The notes under the pieces are model-generated. The model was given only the letters and a program-made list of their open reading frames with translations. It did no database searches and was not told the origin of the DNA. Shown here one piece after another: positions 1 through 12,085 of a DNA stretch of 64,000 nt. The stretch comes from Saccostrea cucullata. Lineage: Eukaryota. The number at the start of each line of letters is the position of its first letter. Within the stretch, counting starts at the first letter, position 1. The translations under genes and the position numbers were made by a program. The stretch lies in NCBI RefSeq assembly GCF_032062105.1, contig NW_026928122.1, positions 62,001 through 126,000 on the forward strand, written 5' to 3'.

Positions 1-1295
1 CACATCCGATTAAGGGGAAACCTTTTTAGGGTAAGTAGGCATGTTATGTAGATTTGCGGAATCAAGGTCATTTTGCGCGCACGTGCTTGCAAGAGCGCGC
101 ACGTGCAAAACTTGAAATGACCAATATATAATGGATATAACCGTAACTTTTCTATTTTTAGACGAAATGTTTTGAAACTCATAATGTAAGGATATATGAG
201 TAGTATGCACAAGATGACATGGTCAAAATAGCAAGATTGCACGTGCAAGCACGTGCGCTTCGCTCTGATTGGCTGAAACTAAAGTCTCAATATCTTTCTT
301 GTTTTTTGATAAAATCATTTGAAATTTTGAACATAGTCATACATTAGGGAGATCTACAGCCCGTAATAAAAGAAATATAATGAAAGCATGTGCATGCACG
401 TGTGCTTGCAAGAGCTCGCACGTGCAACACGAGAAATGTCCAATATAATTGATACAGACGTAACTATTTAAATTATTGATGATATGCTTTAAAACTTATA
501 TTAGAAGTATATATTAGAAGCATAGACAAGATGACATGGTCAAAAAAGCAAGATCTCACGCGCATGCACGTGCGCTTTGCTCTGATTGGCTGAAACTAAA
601 GTCTCAATATCTTTCTTGTTTTTTGAGGAAATCCTTTAAAATTTTAAATATAGGCATGCATTAGGATATCCTACAATAAGATATATAGCAATTATTTTGA
701 AAACGCGTGCATGCACGTGCGCTGCAATCTGATTGGCTTATGCTTTAAATAGCTATAACTCCCTTGGTTTTCAACCAAACAGGATGGGAGTTGGAACATG
801 GATAGATATAATGGACTTCTACAAGAAGACATGCTCACCATGCACATGCATACACGTGCATGTACGTGCGCTGCAATCTGATTGGCTGAAACTTTGAACA
901 GCTATAACTCCCTTGGTTTTCAACCAAACGGGATTTAGAACATAGATAGATGTAATGGACTTCTACAAGAAAGTATGGTCGCCTTGCTCATGTGAGCACG
1001 TGCGTGCACGTGAAATGAGTAAAATCAAAAATACACTTGAATTAGCGTATTTTTTAATACGTTTGGATTAAATACTTTGATATTTAGTATATTAAAATCT
1101 TTAGATTGTAAAGAAAAGATTGTATGGTCATTACGCACATGCATTCACATGCGCACTTCTGGGTAAACGTTGTTAAAGTCTCAAATGCGTAGAGTTTGTC
1201 TTATTTAATGAAGCTTACAGGGAATATGGCACCAAAAGGGAGTTGGGGAGCGTTTGGGGAACATCTGTAACGGTCCCCGTTACAATTTGCACTAG
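1..1295 (+). mobile_element. Non-autonomous Helitron-superfamily element, 3' part, with internal ~320-bp and ~150-bp repeats
   Basis: Terminal hairpin TGTAACGG-tcc-CCGTTACA (1266-1284), then CTAG (1292-1295) before a T run. Repeated GCACGTGC...GATTGGCT units. Confidence 0.75.
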
Positions 1296-1874
1296 TTTTG
1301 TAATACATTACTGATTAAAAGGTATTCATCTTAACGAATTGCAACAACATCGTATAAAATTTTAATCATATATTACGAAATTAGGGGTCACAAGGGGCCA
1401 GAATATAAAGTGTTGGTCGGTTTATATCTCGAATAGGAGAAATATTTTGATATAAGCAATATTGAACAAAGGATGGTCAGAATAATATTCCAAACAATAT
1501 TCACCGTTTGAATTATTGTAAAATGGCCCCATTAAGGACTTGGATTGGTGGCCCCTAAATATTTTCTTGCAATATATCTCTTTAACGAAACGAGATCTGT
1601 GAATAGGTCTTGAACAAAAAGTGTTCAGAATCACGAGACCTTTCATTTGAAATCAAGAAAAGGGTTTGGCCCCTCAAATGAGGGGCCGAGAGGGGCCAAA
1701 TAACTTTCATCTATAAGTATTTGAGATTGTTGAATAAATCAAAAGAATTTAATCAAGTGAGAAAAGTCTTGATATCATTATTTTGTAACAAAGATCATAG
1801 TCAAAATCATATCTCATCTTACCGAAAAATCAGACGGAAGACCTACTCGTTGCTTGCAACGAGATCTCATCTAG
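1296..1874 (+). mobile_element. 3' end of a second Helitron-type family
   Basis: Hairpin CTCGTTGC-tt-GCAACGAG (1846-1863), then CTAG (1871-1874) followed by TT. Confidence 0.65.
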
Positions 1875-2251
1875 TTATTACTCTTATTCGTGTTACAGAG
1901 GGAAAAATGCACTATGTAAACTTTGTTATTGAAATGCAATGTAACATACTTGATATTATGTTATGTCACATTATAACGGTGAAATTAGTCAATAAGTCTC
2001 ACAGATTTTAATCGTTTACAAAAAATCTGGGATTATATGTTCAGCTGTATGCCACACCTGATGTATTTTTCATGTCTAGACATTGATATTTTTATTAATT
2101 AATTTTTATGTATTGCATGATTTAGGTACATGAATTTTTCATAAAAATAAAGACACTTTTTGTTCTTTTTGTACAATAAGCTACGATATTTGAGCACGAT
2201 AGATTAGACTTTTTACTTTGACTCCATTCTTATACCTCTTGCATGAAAAGT

Positions 2252-2570
2252 GGGGGTGTATAGCACAAAAAAAAATTTCAAGAATTGTGCTTACTGATAG
2301 GTGTGAGAATTAAATTTTCACTAGTACATTGTGTCACGATATTACACAAAAACCAAGTTCTCATTTATAAAAAAGTTTTCAAAATTACAGTAAAACACAC
2401 AGTAGGGGTGTGTAGGACAACAAAATTTTCATGAATTTGTGCTTACTTCTCTGTATAATCTTTAGGTGCGAGAATGAAATTTTCACAAGTACATTGTCTC
2501 ACGACATTACACAAAAACAAGGTTCTCGTTAATAAAAAGTTTTTTAAAAAAAATTACAATAAAACACTCT
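2252..2570 (+). repeat. Two-copy tandem duplication, 150-165 bp unit
   Basis: ggggtgt...gtacattgt.tcacga.attacacaaaaac...ttaca.taaaacac occurs twice. Confidence 0.7.
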
Positions 2571-2756
2571 TACAGCAAACTTGCTTATCATGCTTAGAGC
2601 AAACTTGCTTATAAGGAATTGAGGCTTATATAGCAAAGTGATTTTCTTTCCCTATGGGCCTTACACATATTGTTTAGTTAATTAACTGATATAACAAATT
2701 ATTATGAAGCAAAATGGTCCATCCCTGGTGCCTCATTATAAATATGTTTTACTGTA
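2554..2756. mobile_element. MITE with Tc1/mariner-type ends
   Basis: taCA(g/a)TAAAAC ... GTTTTACTGta inverted ends flanked by TA. Confidence 0.45.
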
Positions 2757-3709
2757 TTATATCTCCTGCCTGTGGAGATTGTATATAATAAGGGTGTCCA
2801 TCCATCCCTCTGTATGTATGTTTGTCTGTTTGTCCTTACATCCTTTCTTTGAGGTTATGGATAACCCATCTCTTATCTGCAACTTTTGCTATATCATTGA
2901 TTTTGTTTGGTTGTTGTTGAGATTTTTACAAACTCTTTTCAAACAATGCCATTGTGCACCTCCGTTTTACTTTTTAATCACTATAAAATTTCTCATCACC
3001 ACCATTCTCTCTTTAAAGGGGCTTGGACACAGATTTTCCACAACTTTCAGTATGATATCAGACTTCTGTGATGCTAGAGCATTTCATGATTGATTGATTG
3101 ATTGTATGTTGTTTAAGGTCCCTCTCAAGAATTTTTCACTCATACAGAGACACACACAGGTAAATCTGCAAATTTTGTCCTATGTCCGGCACTTGAGGCC
3201 ATTGAGCAGTGAGGTATCTTTTTCGTGCCAGTACCTATACAACAACATGAGACCTCGTTTTATAAGGTCTCATCCGAAGGACCAGTCTCCACGTCCCACA
3301 GTAGGATTCGAATCCCCAACAAAAGGATCAAGTCCTTACTTCTCGACTCTAGAGCAGATGCTCTAACCACTGTGCCACATAAGCATTTCATGAAGAAATT
3401 TAAGAAAAAGGTGTTTAGATCTATATTTCTGGAGATTATCTTTAACGTAATGTTTGTTTGCCCTCTCCTGAGTCAGGGTATAATTATAAGGTCAGAAGAT
3501 AGATGGGAAAACCTTCTTTCCAGAAAATTTTAGAACCTCTTAAATAGGTTTTTGATTAGGGTTACTCATAGCAAAGCAATGACTCTGCCACTATCCTTAT
3601 ATTTTCAGCTGTTACCTCTCTTTTCTGCAATTTCTGATCTGATAGATATTTGGACTTCCCCATTATACTTATACACATTTTATAAGCTTACTGCTCACAG
3701 TACCTCTAG
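2757..3709 (+). mobile_element. HINE/Helentron-like family A copy, interrupted by a SINE and other inserted sequence
   Basis: GTCC/GTCT microsatellite, core cccatctcttatctgcaact...gccattgtgcacct, and a 3' end gctcacagtacctCTAGtt shared with other copies. Confidence 0.55.
3090..3381 (-). mobile_element. tRNA-derived SINE with a 12-bp TSD
   Basis: A/B boxes on the minus strand (tggcacagtgg; ggattcgaatcc), (CAAT)n tail, and TSD AGCATTTCATGA at 3078-3089 and 3382-3393. Confidence 0.85.
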
Positions 3710-3839
3710 TTTACTAAAAGTGTATTATGACAATCAGATGCCTGAACATTCAATTTTTAATGCATTGATTATGTTTCTAGCATCAACTATAGTTTCTCGT
3801 ATAAAGACAACTGTGTACATACATGATTGTTTTATGTAG

Positions 3840-4530
3840 GTGGGAACTGGCGGTGATGTCAACAAACAACTCTATTACAAGGCCACTGAATACCAATGGC
3901 TGAAGTTGTCCCTGCTCGTGCATTTAAACTGTTCCCTACTGACACCCATAGGGGGTTGACCTTATACACTCAATAGTGCAATCGTACATACAGCATAGAG
4001 TTCTACCTGAAGCCAGAGGGTAAGATGGCTTCCTGTGTCAGAATTTCTATACCGTATTTTCAAGTTGCATAATCTTTTCGGAAGCTGATTTGCTGGGAGC
4101 AGATATGCGATTTTCTTCATTTTTTTTCTCTCGCTGATTTTTCATAAACTTTGTGAAAGAAGGTGATTGTGGTTGATCCAACGTGACAGAAAAGAGAATT
4201 CCATTCCCTAATTTGGAGGAAAATGATAATTTTTGGTTTCGGTGAATGTGAATGGAAATGGAAATATGTGAATGTATTCTGTTCTTCATACTGTGATCTA
4301 TTTATGGAATTTGGTTAAACAATCAAGTAATTTAAGAAGACATCAATTACCTGCAGATGCTCATGGAAAAAGGATGGTAGAGTATCTGATTATGTATGAA
4401 CTCAATGTATAATTTTCTGATGGCTGTGTGTTAAACTCTTGTAGTACTTATCAATAATGATAATATCAAAATTTATTTTTTCATTCATTTTGAATGCATA
4501 TTATTTAATAAAACAATCCTTTGAAATCTG
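3840..4530 (+). other. Possible terminal exon and 3' UTR of an upstream gene lying outside the window
   Basis: Acceptor gttttatgtag|G followed by non-repetitive, balanced-GC sequence. The frames read (R)WELAVMSTNNSITRPLNTNG* or VGTGGDVNKQLYYK...GG*. AATAAA at 4507. No product recognised. Confidence 0.25.
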
Positions 4531-4626
4531 AACTTTTTTCTATTTATTATTTGCAAAATATATGAGGTATTGTGAACTGTTAATCTAAAATTACTCCAAA
4601 CCATATTTTTCACTTAGATTACTTTT

Positions 4627-4920
4627 GGCCCGCATGGCACAGTGGTAAGCGCATTTGCTCTAGAGTCAAGGAGTAAGGAGTTTAATCCTTACATTGTGGG
4701 TTGGAATCCCTCTGTGGGACATGGAGATCTGTCCTTAGGATGAGACCGTAAAAACAGAGGTCCCATGTCACAGTAGGTGCTGGCACGAAAAAAACCCCTC
4801 ACTGCTCAATGGCTCTGAGTGCTGAGTATAGGATAAAATTTGCAGCTCTTCACCGGCAAGTGGTGGTGCTTCCTCATCAAGTGAAAAATTCTCAAGAGGG
4901 ATGTTAAACAATAAACATAA
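4627..4920 (+). mobile_element. tRNA-derived SINE, same family; Deu/Nin-like core ggatgagacc..aaa..gaggtccc
   Basis: A box TGGCACAGTGG, B-box-like ggttggaatcc, core ccctcactgctcaatggc, and tail gttaaacaataaaca. Confidence 0.8.
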
Positions 4921-4950
4921 AACTTAAAAGTCATGGTCAATCAGTGATCT

Positions 4951-5050
4951 TTATAGGTCATCTGAGTTAACTCAGGTGACCTATTGCTATCCTTTTTCGT
5001 CCCTCGTTTGTCGTTCGTTAACATTTGAACATTTTCAGCTTCTTCCCTGA

Positions 5051-5082
<32 letters not shown>

Positions 5083-6167
5083 TATAGCATCTATGGGTGA
5101 AGGGGAACAAAGGTCCCTGTCCCCCTGGGGCCTAGGGGTCTGGCCAAAACCACTAAAATTAGTACTATCGTTTTAAAAAACTTCTTTACTCCTGGACATC
5201 AAGCAGTCAAACTGTTGGCATGATTGTTATCAGCATTGAGTCTCTACCAAAATTATGAATTCCATGGCCCCAGGGTCAGGGGTTCTAGTGCTGGGGCGGG
5301 GTTAAATAGATTATATAGTGAAAATGCATTATTTCTTCGTAAATCTTCGCTCCTGGGCTTTAAATAAACTAACCAAGTGCATAGTTAAGTTGAATATGGC
5401 TGCCTCTTCAAAAATTGTGAATTTCATGGCCCCCAGGGTCTATTGATTAAATAAAGAAACTGCATAATTCTTAAAAATCGTCTCCTCTGCTTCTGGATAT
5501 TTTTATTAAACCAATAAACTATGTACAAAGTTATGAGGAAGGATGCCTCACCCAAATTTGTGAATTTCAGGGCTCCTGGGTTAGGGTTCTGGTGTTAGGG
5601 TGGGGCTCTATTGATTATATAGTGAAAATGTGTGAATTCTTTGAAATTCTTTTTTCTTTGCTCCTGTGTATTATGCCAATGATTAAAGTACATATGTATT
5701 ATGAAGAAAGGCACCTCTTCCAAATGGTTAATTTAAGAGCCTCTGGGTCAGGAGCATGGGGTAGGGGGTTACAAAGTCTGAAAATAAATTAATGCTTTGA
5801 AATCTGCTCTTTGGTATTAATCAACCATTTACGATGAAATTAAATTTATGATAAAATTTTCAAAATTTTGAAATATGTGGCCTCAGGGTCAATGGTTGCT
5901 TTAGGGTGATATGCACAACTGGTTACAAAGTTGTTTGTTACTCTGATCTACTTCTGGGTATTAAGCAATGTGATGAGGATCTGATTTTCATCAGATTGGG
6001 TTTTAAGTAAACAAAAGTAAGCATGCTAAGTGTATAGTTATGGTAAGGAATGTTGTATCTTACAAAATTGTGAATTTAACGGCCTCTGGTTTAAAACACA
6101 AACTAAATTTGTTTGAAAGTTGTTACCTGATATTCAGGTGACCTATAAGGCCCATGGGCCTCTTGTT
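4951..6167 (+). mobile_element. HINE/Helentron-like element with degenerate ~160-bp internal repeats
   Basis: 5' palindrome taggtcatctgag-ttaa-ctcaggtgaccta, 3' subTIR tcaggtgaccta plus hairpin aggcccatgggcct and cttgtt, and repeated aaattgtgaatttcatggccccagggtc. Confidence 0.8.
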
Positions 6168-7077
6168 GAAGGTTAATTTCAAAATTATAAATTAATAAAT
6201 TTTAGGTTCAAAGTGAAAATTTGAAATATTTCATCATGCATATGCAAATGTACATACTGTTAAAAATTAACTAATGAGTAATAAGAGTGTCCTTTTCTGG
6301 AATGCTGTGCTCTTCTTTAACTGTCAAACCAAGTCATATTCCCCAATTCAAATTCATTTTTTGGGTGGGGTGGGGTGTTAAAATTACACAGTGCTGCAAG
6401 GATCATGATTGTCCAAACGTGCAAATAAGTCACACCTATTATTTATGTCTAGATTAGGTTGAAATAATAAAGCGATAATGTTAAAAGGAGGTCACCCGAT
6501 GACCGTTATGCGATGGTATCGCAGTGCGATAGCACAATGGGAAGATAGTGAACATTGCTTTATCATCATGATACCATCAAGTTAGCCGTTGTATCATCAT
6601 TATCACGCCTTCGCACAATTGCTTTATTGTGCCATCGCACCTTATGACATTGTCATGCCATGGCATAATCGTCTTCGCGATAACTAGATAACCATCGCCA
6701 GTGCATTATCGTTTCACCGCAACATCAACCTAAACCTCGATAATGCGACGTTGCAATAGTGAACTACATGGCCCCATCTGGATTCCATAGTTAATAAACC
6801 CGGTGGCTTGAAAAAGTTCTAGCCATGATACACAATATGCAGTGCATATGTGAGATACCAGCGTAAATCAATGCTTTCTTTCCAATAAAGGTAGGCATTA
6901 TGATATACGAGCATTTACGTGTTCTTGTACAGTAGAAACATAACTCTCTTGGAAAGGAATTGTGACAAATAATGTGTTTTCTTAATTTTGGAAATACATG
7001 TACATTTTAATTTCGAAATTTTGAACACGGATGTATTGCATACCATATAGATATCTAGAAGTCCCGATCCTTTTGTT

Positions 7078-7195
7078 TACTGCATACAGGGTTATTTTCG
7101 CCATGTCTTACTTTCGTCCTTTCATAATGCTTGGTGTTCCTCCAGTTTAAATTCGACCACTTGCAACAAGGGCGAAATTTTCCTTGTTTACCGTA
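7078..7195. mobile_element. Short degenerate MITE
   Basis: Imperfect TIRs tactgcatacagggttattttcgcc / gggcgaaattttccttgtttaccgta. Confidence 0.45.
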
Positions 7196-7939
7196 TTTTA
7201 ACCTTTGAGTTGTATTTCGAATGCACCGTATCTTTTTTTTTTAAGTTCGAGGGAACAAGGTTGGGGGTTCGGTGTATCAAATATTCTAATAACTACAAAC
7301 TTCTAAAAGTACAGGGGCCCTACGCCTGCACATTACTGTTTCCCGAAATGGTGGCAATATAGACCCCCTTCAATTGGGGAAGTGGGTTTAACATAAGAGT
7401 GACATAATGGAAAAAAAATGAAGAATGACTTAAAAGATGGTCAAAGAATTATGTCACCATCGTGGTGTAATGTAGATTCAGATTTCTTCCTAGAAGCAAG
7501 TTACTTAAGACGATCATTTTTGGTGCAAGTTTGCTTAATACCCTGGGACTAGTAATGAGAGAGACGTGTAAAGTAATCAACAAGCCCTCAACCACTACTT
7601 CAGAATTTATACACCAAATTTTTTGTTGTTGAAAACTTTGGGACTCCACAGTGGGTTGAAGTTGCTAATTTGCGGAACATGTAATCTGTGCTTTAAGGAA
7701 CTGTATTCCTCCAAAAATAATGAACATCTAATGCATCCTTAGAATATTTTTTTTTTCGACATAGTCGTTTTTTTTTTTACTGATTCTTTAACTTCAGAAA
7801 TTCCCCTTGTAAATAGTTCTAGTCCCAAGAAAGGAAAGAATAATGAAGCCATAAAATATTAATATCCAAGTTTAGGTCCTGGTATCTTCCGATCATACGA
7901 TTTCTAAAGGTGACCATTTAGGTTCTCATGTGTGCTTTT

Positions 7940-8517
7940 TCTTTTTTCTTTCTTTCTTTCTTTTCTGTCTGTCTGTCCGTCTGTCTTGCAATTTCCATAT
8001 CTTTCTTTTATTTAAAGAAATATTTTATTTAATGGAAGAAAAATTTCATAATGTCTGGATAAATACATTTCACACAGATTGTAGGGTGTGTAACTGACCC
8101 AAGGTGGGAAGTTCAAGGTCACAGGAAGAAAAATTATCTTTTATGGATAAACTTGGTAGGTTTTCATTTCAAATAAAGATTGCCCATGAAAGGGTGTGTT
8201 TTGACCCAAGGTCATTTGGAGAAGTTCAAGGTCACTGGTAGAAAAATTTAATAATTCGTGTCCAAATGATTCCATATCTTTCTTAAGGATAAACTTGGTA
8301 GGTTTTATTTCACACAACAACAACAAGGTTTTAACAAATTAAAATTAAACGGATGACCCAAGGGTTGTCTGACCTCTGACCCAAGGTCATTTGGGGAAGT
8401 TCAAGGTCACTGGAAGAAAAATTTTATAATTCGTGTTTGATACATATCTTTATTATGCAAAAACTTACTTCTGAAAAACCCAGCGGGGGGTATTTTGTCC
8501 CGATTGGACAGTTCTAG
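7940..8517 (+). mobile_element. HINE/Helitron-like element
   Basis: GTCT microsatellite, three tgacccaagg...aagttcaaggtcac units, and 3' gcggggggtat plus hairpin tgtcc..ggaca and CTAG at 8514-8517. Confidence 0.6.
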
Positions 8518-9429
8518 TTTCTTTTTCTTTTTCTAGGCCCAGATGATTACCTGACAAACTTCATTTTCTAATGGAATTACAACAACAACAACGTTTTAAC
8601 AAATTAAAATTACGGATTTGCTCTCTTATTTCTCGACCAATCACAAAAGCGCCCCGCTTTCTTATTTCTCGACCAATCACAAAAGCGTCCCTCGGGGACA
8701 AAAATATGGATACGTGCTTTCAGGCATCAACTGTTTACTTTCTGAATTTCTGCTAATAATCCAAAATGAATTGGTGATTCACAATAAGCATATAAGGCAT
8801 GATTCAAAGCTTTAATATATTTTTAATCTGGCAAGCATAGTGTTTATACATGTAGCAAACCTATTATAGCATTTCAAAAGTACGTGTTCTAAAAATAAAA
8901 TTTTGCTCCTTTGTGTTGAGAGAAATATTGGAATCAGTGATGAATATCACCTACCCACCCACCCCACCCCCACAAAAAGAAAAAAAATTAAAATTCATAT
9001 ACCGTTAATGCATAAAGATAAGGTTACTTTTCGAAAGTACCAGGATATTTTTCAATCAGCGCGATCAAAAATTCGTATTAATATTTTTTCAGATTAAAAA
9101 AAGTTTATAAATTCGCTTTTTTAGTGTGAAATGCTCTAGCCACACAGGTCAGGTTATTTTATTGAAAATAATGGAAAACAATATTAGCTTCAAATCTGAG
9201 TCCAAGTACGTTTGATGTATAACTTTTATACAAATTTATGCATAAAGGAATTTTTTAATTTCAATATACAAATTAATAGTTCTAACAATGTGTACAAGAT
9301 AGTTAAGACTTCTGAAGTTAGCTCTACCGACTGCCAAAGTTTTATCTTAACAAGCTTCAAGGAACGGTCTTAATTCTAAGTTTGTACTTAAGTCCTACTT
9401 AAGCACTTTCTTAGACTAAAGTATCCTTG

Positions 9430-9710
9430 TACATTTTACGCAAATACGAAGGGTAGTATAAAAATAGGGTCATTTATAAAAGCACCAGCTGAAAGATTGC
9501 TTAAATACTGCCGTCTCGACAAAACGGCTACTGGTGGACCCCTTGACGTTGCGATGATGTCTTTGTTGATAACCGTCATTTTTCGCCCCAAATGCCTTCT
9601 TCCCTGCCTTAATTCTGAAGCCTTATTGCACCCCTTGGTCATCTCCACGTACATGAGTATCCCACATGCACTGTATAACATATAATAATATCACTACTGC
9701 GTAAAATGTA
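9430..9710. mobile_element. MITE with perfect 13-bp TIRs
   Basis: TACATTTTACGCA at 9430-9442 and TGCGTAAAATGTA at 9698-9710. Confidence 0.6.
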
Positions 9711-10059
9711 ACAGGAGTTCTATGTACCTGATTTTTTTTTTTACACCTACTACTATATTGCCTCCAAAGATGAAAATTAAAAATTCGAAACCTTAATGCA
9801 TATAGATCTACAGGACACCACTAATCACATTTCAAGAAGGCAATTTAGTAGCTGCGTATGAAATGAGAGAGAAGTTACGAGAAACAGATGTTAGTAGAAA
9901 TACGTCAATTTTGAAAACGCAATTTGCCAAAATTTCGTTAATAGGTTGTGTCAATGACCATGTCAATGACCATATAAAATTGCCCATGACATGCAATACC
10001 TTACAAGGGAATATACATGTACGAGTATTCGGTAATTGTATGCTTCTGTTATCATGTAG

Positions 10060-10450
10060 TTTTCGTTCGTCTGTTCGTCCGTTTCTCTGATTGTCCGCAG
10101 GAACTTTAACACTGCCCATAAACTTTTGATGGTTGTAGCTATGGTATACGTCTTCCAAATGTGTATTCCTTTTTACAAGACCTTCCTTTGGGTACCAAAA
10201 TATTTGAACAATTGACCCTGACATTTGAGTTTGACCCAATTTTGCAAGAATTTACCTTGGCCATAAATTTTGAACAGTTAGTGGTAGGGTTTTCATACTT
10301 CACATTTATATTCATTGTGATAAAACCTTTCCATGGATATAAACATTTTTTACTTTTTAATCTTGACCTCTGGGTTTGACCCATTTAAAAAAATGAACCT
10401 TGGAAATAACTTTCCTATTTTACAAGTACATTCCTCGTGACAAGACCTTC
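10060..10450 (+). mobile_element. Degenerate HINE-like repeat (related copy at about 27820-28360)
   Basis: cgtctg/cgtcc microsatellite followed by ~110-120-bp units (ccataa(c/a)ttttga..gt..caagaccttcc.ttgggtaccaa..tgacc). Confidence 0.5.
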
Positions 10451-11879
10451 ATTTCATTAATAAAACACAACTAATCATATTCCAAAATATAATATGCCTA
10501 ATGATAAAAAGAGTAGTTTGAAAAAGGAAATAGGGTACAATGAATACTTTAGTAGTCATATAATTTTGAAAGTCGATCTTGAGAATGAGAATTTGGTTAC
10601 TACATGATCTAGAGTTGTAGGCAAAACCTATTAAAGGAAAACTTTTTCAAAAGAAAACTCTTTTATTATTATTTCCAAATGATATAGGAATACTAAAAGT
10701 TTGTCTGCATTACCTCTGGAGGTTGAAAACAACGACATCGGAGATGATTATTGAGTCATGTGATGAATCGGGAAGTATAATTTGTGAAAAAAAGTTTAAT
10801 ATTGATCCTTCATCATTCTACGCAGATGAAAGTCCTTTTTCTAGTTCATGAGTTAAACATATGTTTCATTCTAATCGAGAGAATAAAAAAAGAAAATGGA
10901 TTGTACATTTATTAGAAATTCTGCCCCGTTCATTTTGAACCTTGCTGTTAATTGCTTGTTCATAACATTAACATTTTCTTATATAAGTTCAAGACAAATC
11001 GTATATACAATATAAAAAAATCACTGAACTTAACAAATACGTTAGAAAAATCTATTACTAGCAGCATACTTTTATTGACCAAAGGAACCTATGCTTATGA
11101 CCCACATTTGGCCTTAATTAGATGTCACAAAGAAATGTACTTCTATTTTAGGCCAACAAATCATTCATAGCTCTTGTTACTCGTAAATATACGTGGTAAA
11201 AGTATTAAAACCTACATTTATTTGTTCAAACAACCACCAATTCCAGAAAATGAGTTCCAACTCAACAGGAAGACTTCCGAAGAAATGGTAAATAAAGCAT
11301 CGTCTCAAGCCACTGTCCGGAGTCCGCGATATAGCTCTCTCTGTCTCCTACCAGAATGGAAGAGGATCGTATATATTGGCCGTGGTTTGCGACGATGTAA
11401 ATAGAGATGACTGAACAGGAAGGAGAAATGAATTTACGTGTACTTTATTAGATTCAATGGGAACTTAACTTCACAAGGTACGAGATTAAAAACTGGCTGA
11501 TGACGTCAATTTTCTCCCGTCGCCAAACTTCTCCATTCTTTTGTTGAGTTTATCAAAAAATGTCATCAATCCTTAAAATGTATTTTTTTTATGTTCCGGA
11601 TCTTTTCGTACGAGCTGGGAAAACGCTAAAAGCCAAATGCTGTAATTGACACAACAAATATCATTACAAATATACTGGAGAATTAGAAAAATCATACATG
11701 GCAACTGCCGTTTACAATTAAGCACACAGAAGAAAGTGTTTTTCACACAATTTTATATGTTCCTCCATTTAAGTGTTTGTAATAATTTTTAATCACTCAT
11801 TTTCTAAATGAGCATCAAATCGTTAAAACTCCGCAAGGTACTAATTTAAAAAAAAAAATAGTTTGAAACGTGCAATGTC

Positions 11880-12085
11880 GTCGTGTAGGCGTCAAACTCT
11901 GGAATGGAAAATCGCCCCCCGATCGTTCTATAAATAACACAATGACGTGACATACGATCAGGAATAGTTATCGTTTACTTTCAGTTTACCTGTTGGAAGC
12001 TCGCAACGTACACGTGTTTGCAGAAAAGTTTCACTTTTATTTGAAAAATAGAAGTTGGAGGGAGGACTAGACCATCTGTTTAAAT
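11880..12085 (+). promoter_or_regulatory. Putative distal promoter and non-coding first exon
   Basis: CTATAAATAA (TATA/MEF2-like) at 11928-11937, TGACGTGA at 11943, full CRE TGACGTCA upstream at 11501, and donor |gtaagt at 12086. Confidence 0.5.

Noticed and set aside
4627-4720. tRNA genes here and at 26502-26570
   Set aside because: A/B boxes run directly into SINE bodies and no complete cloverleaf is evident.
6495-6790. CGAT/ATCG-rich stretch as a structured ncRNA
   Set aside because: It looks like a degenerate short-period repeat or MITE interior, with no definable termini or RNA family features.
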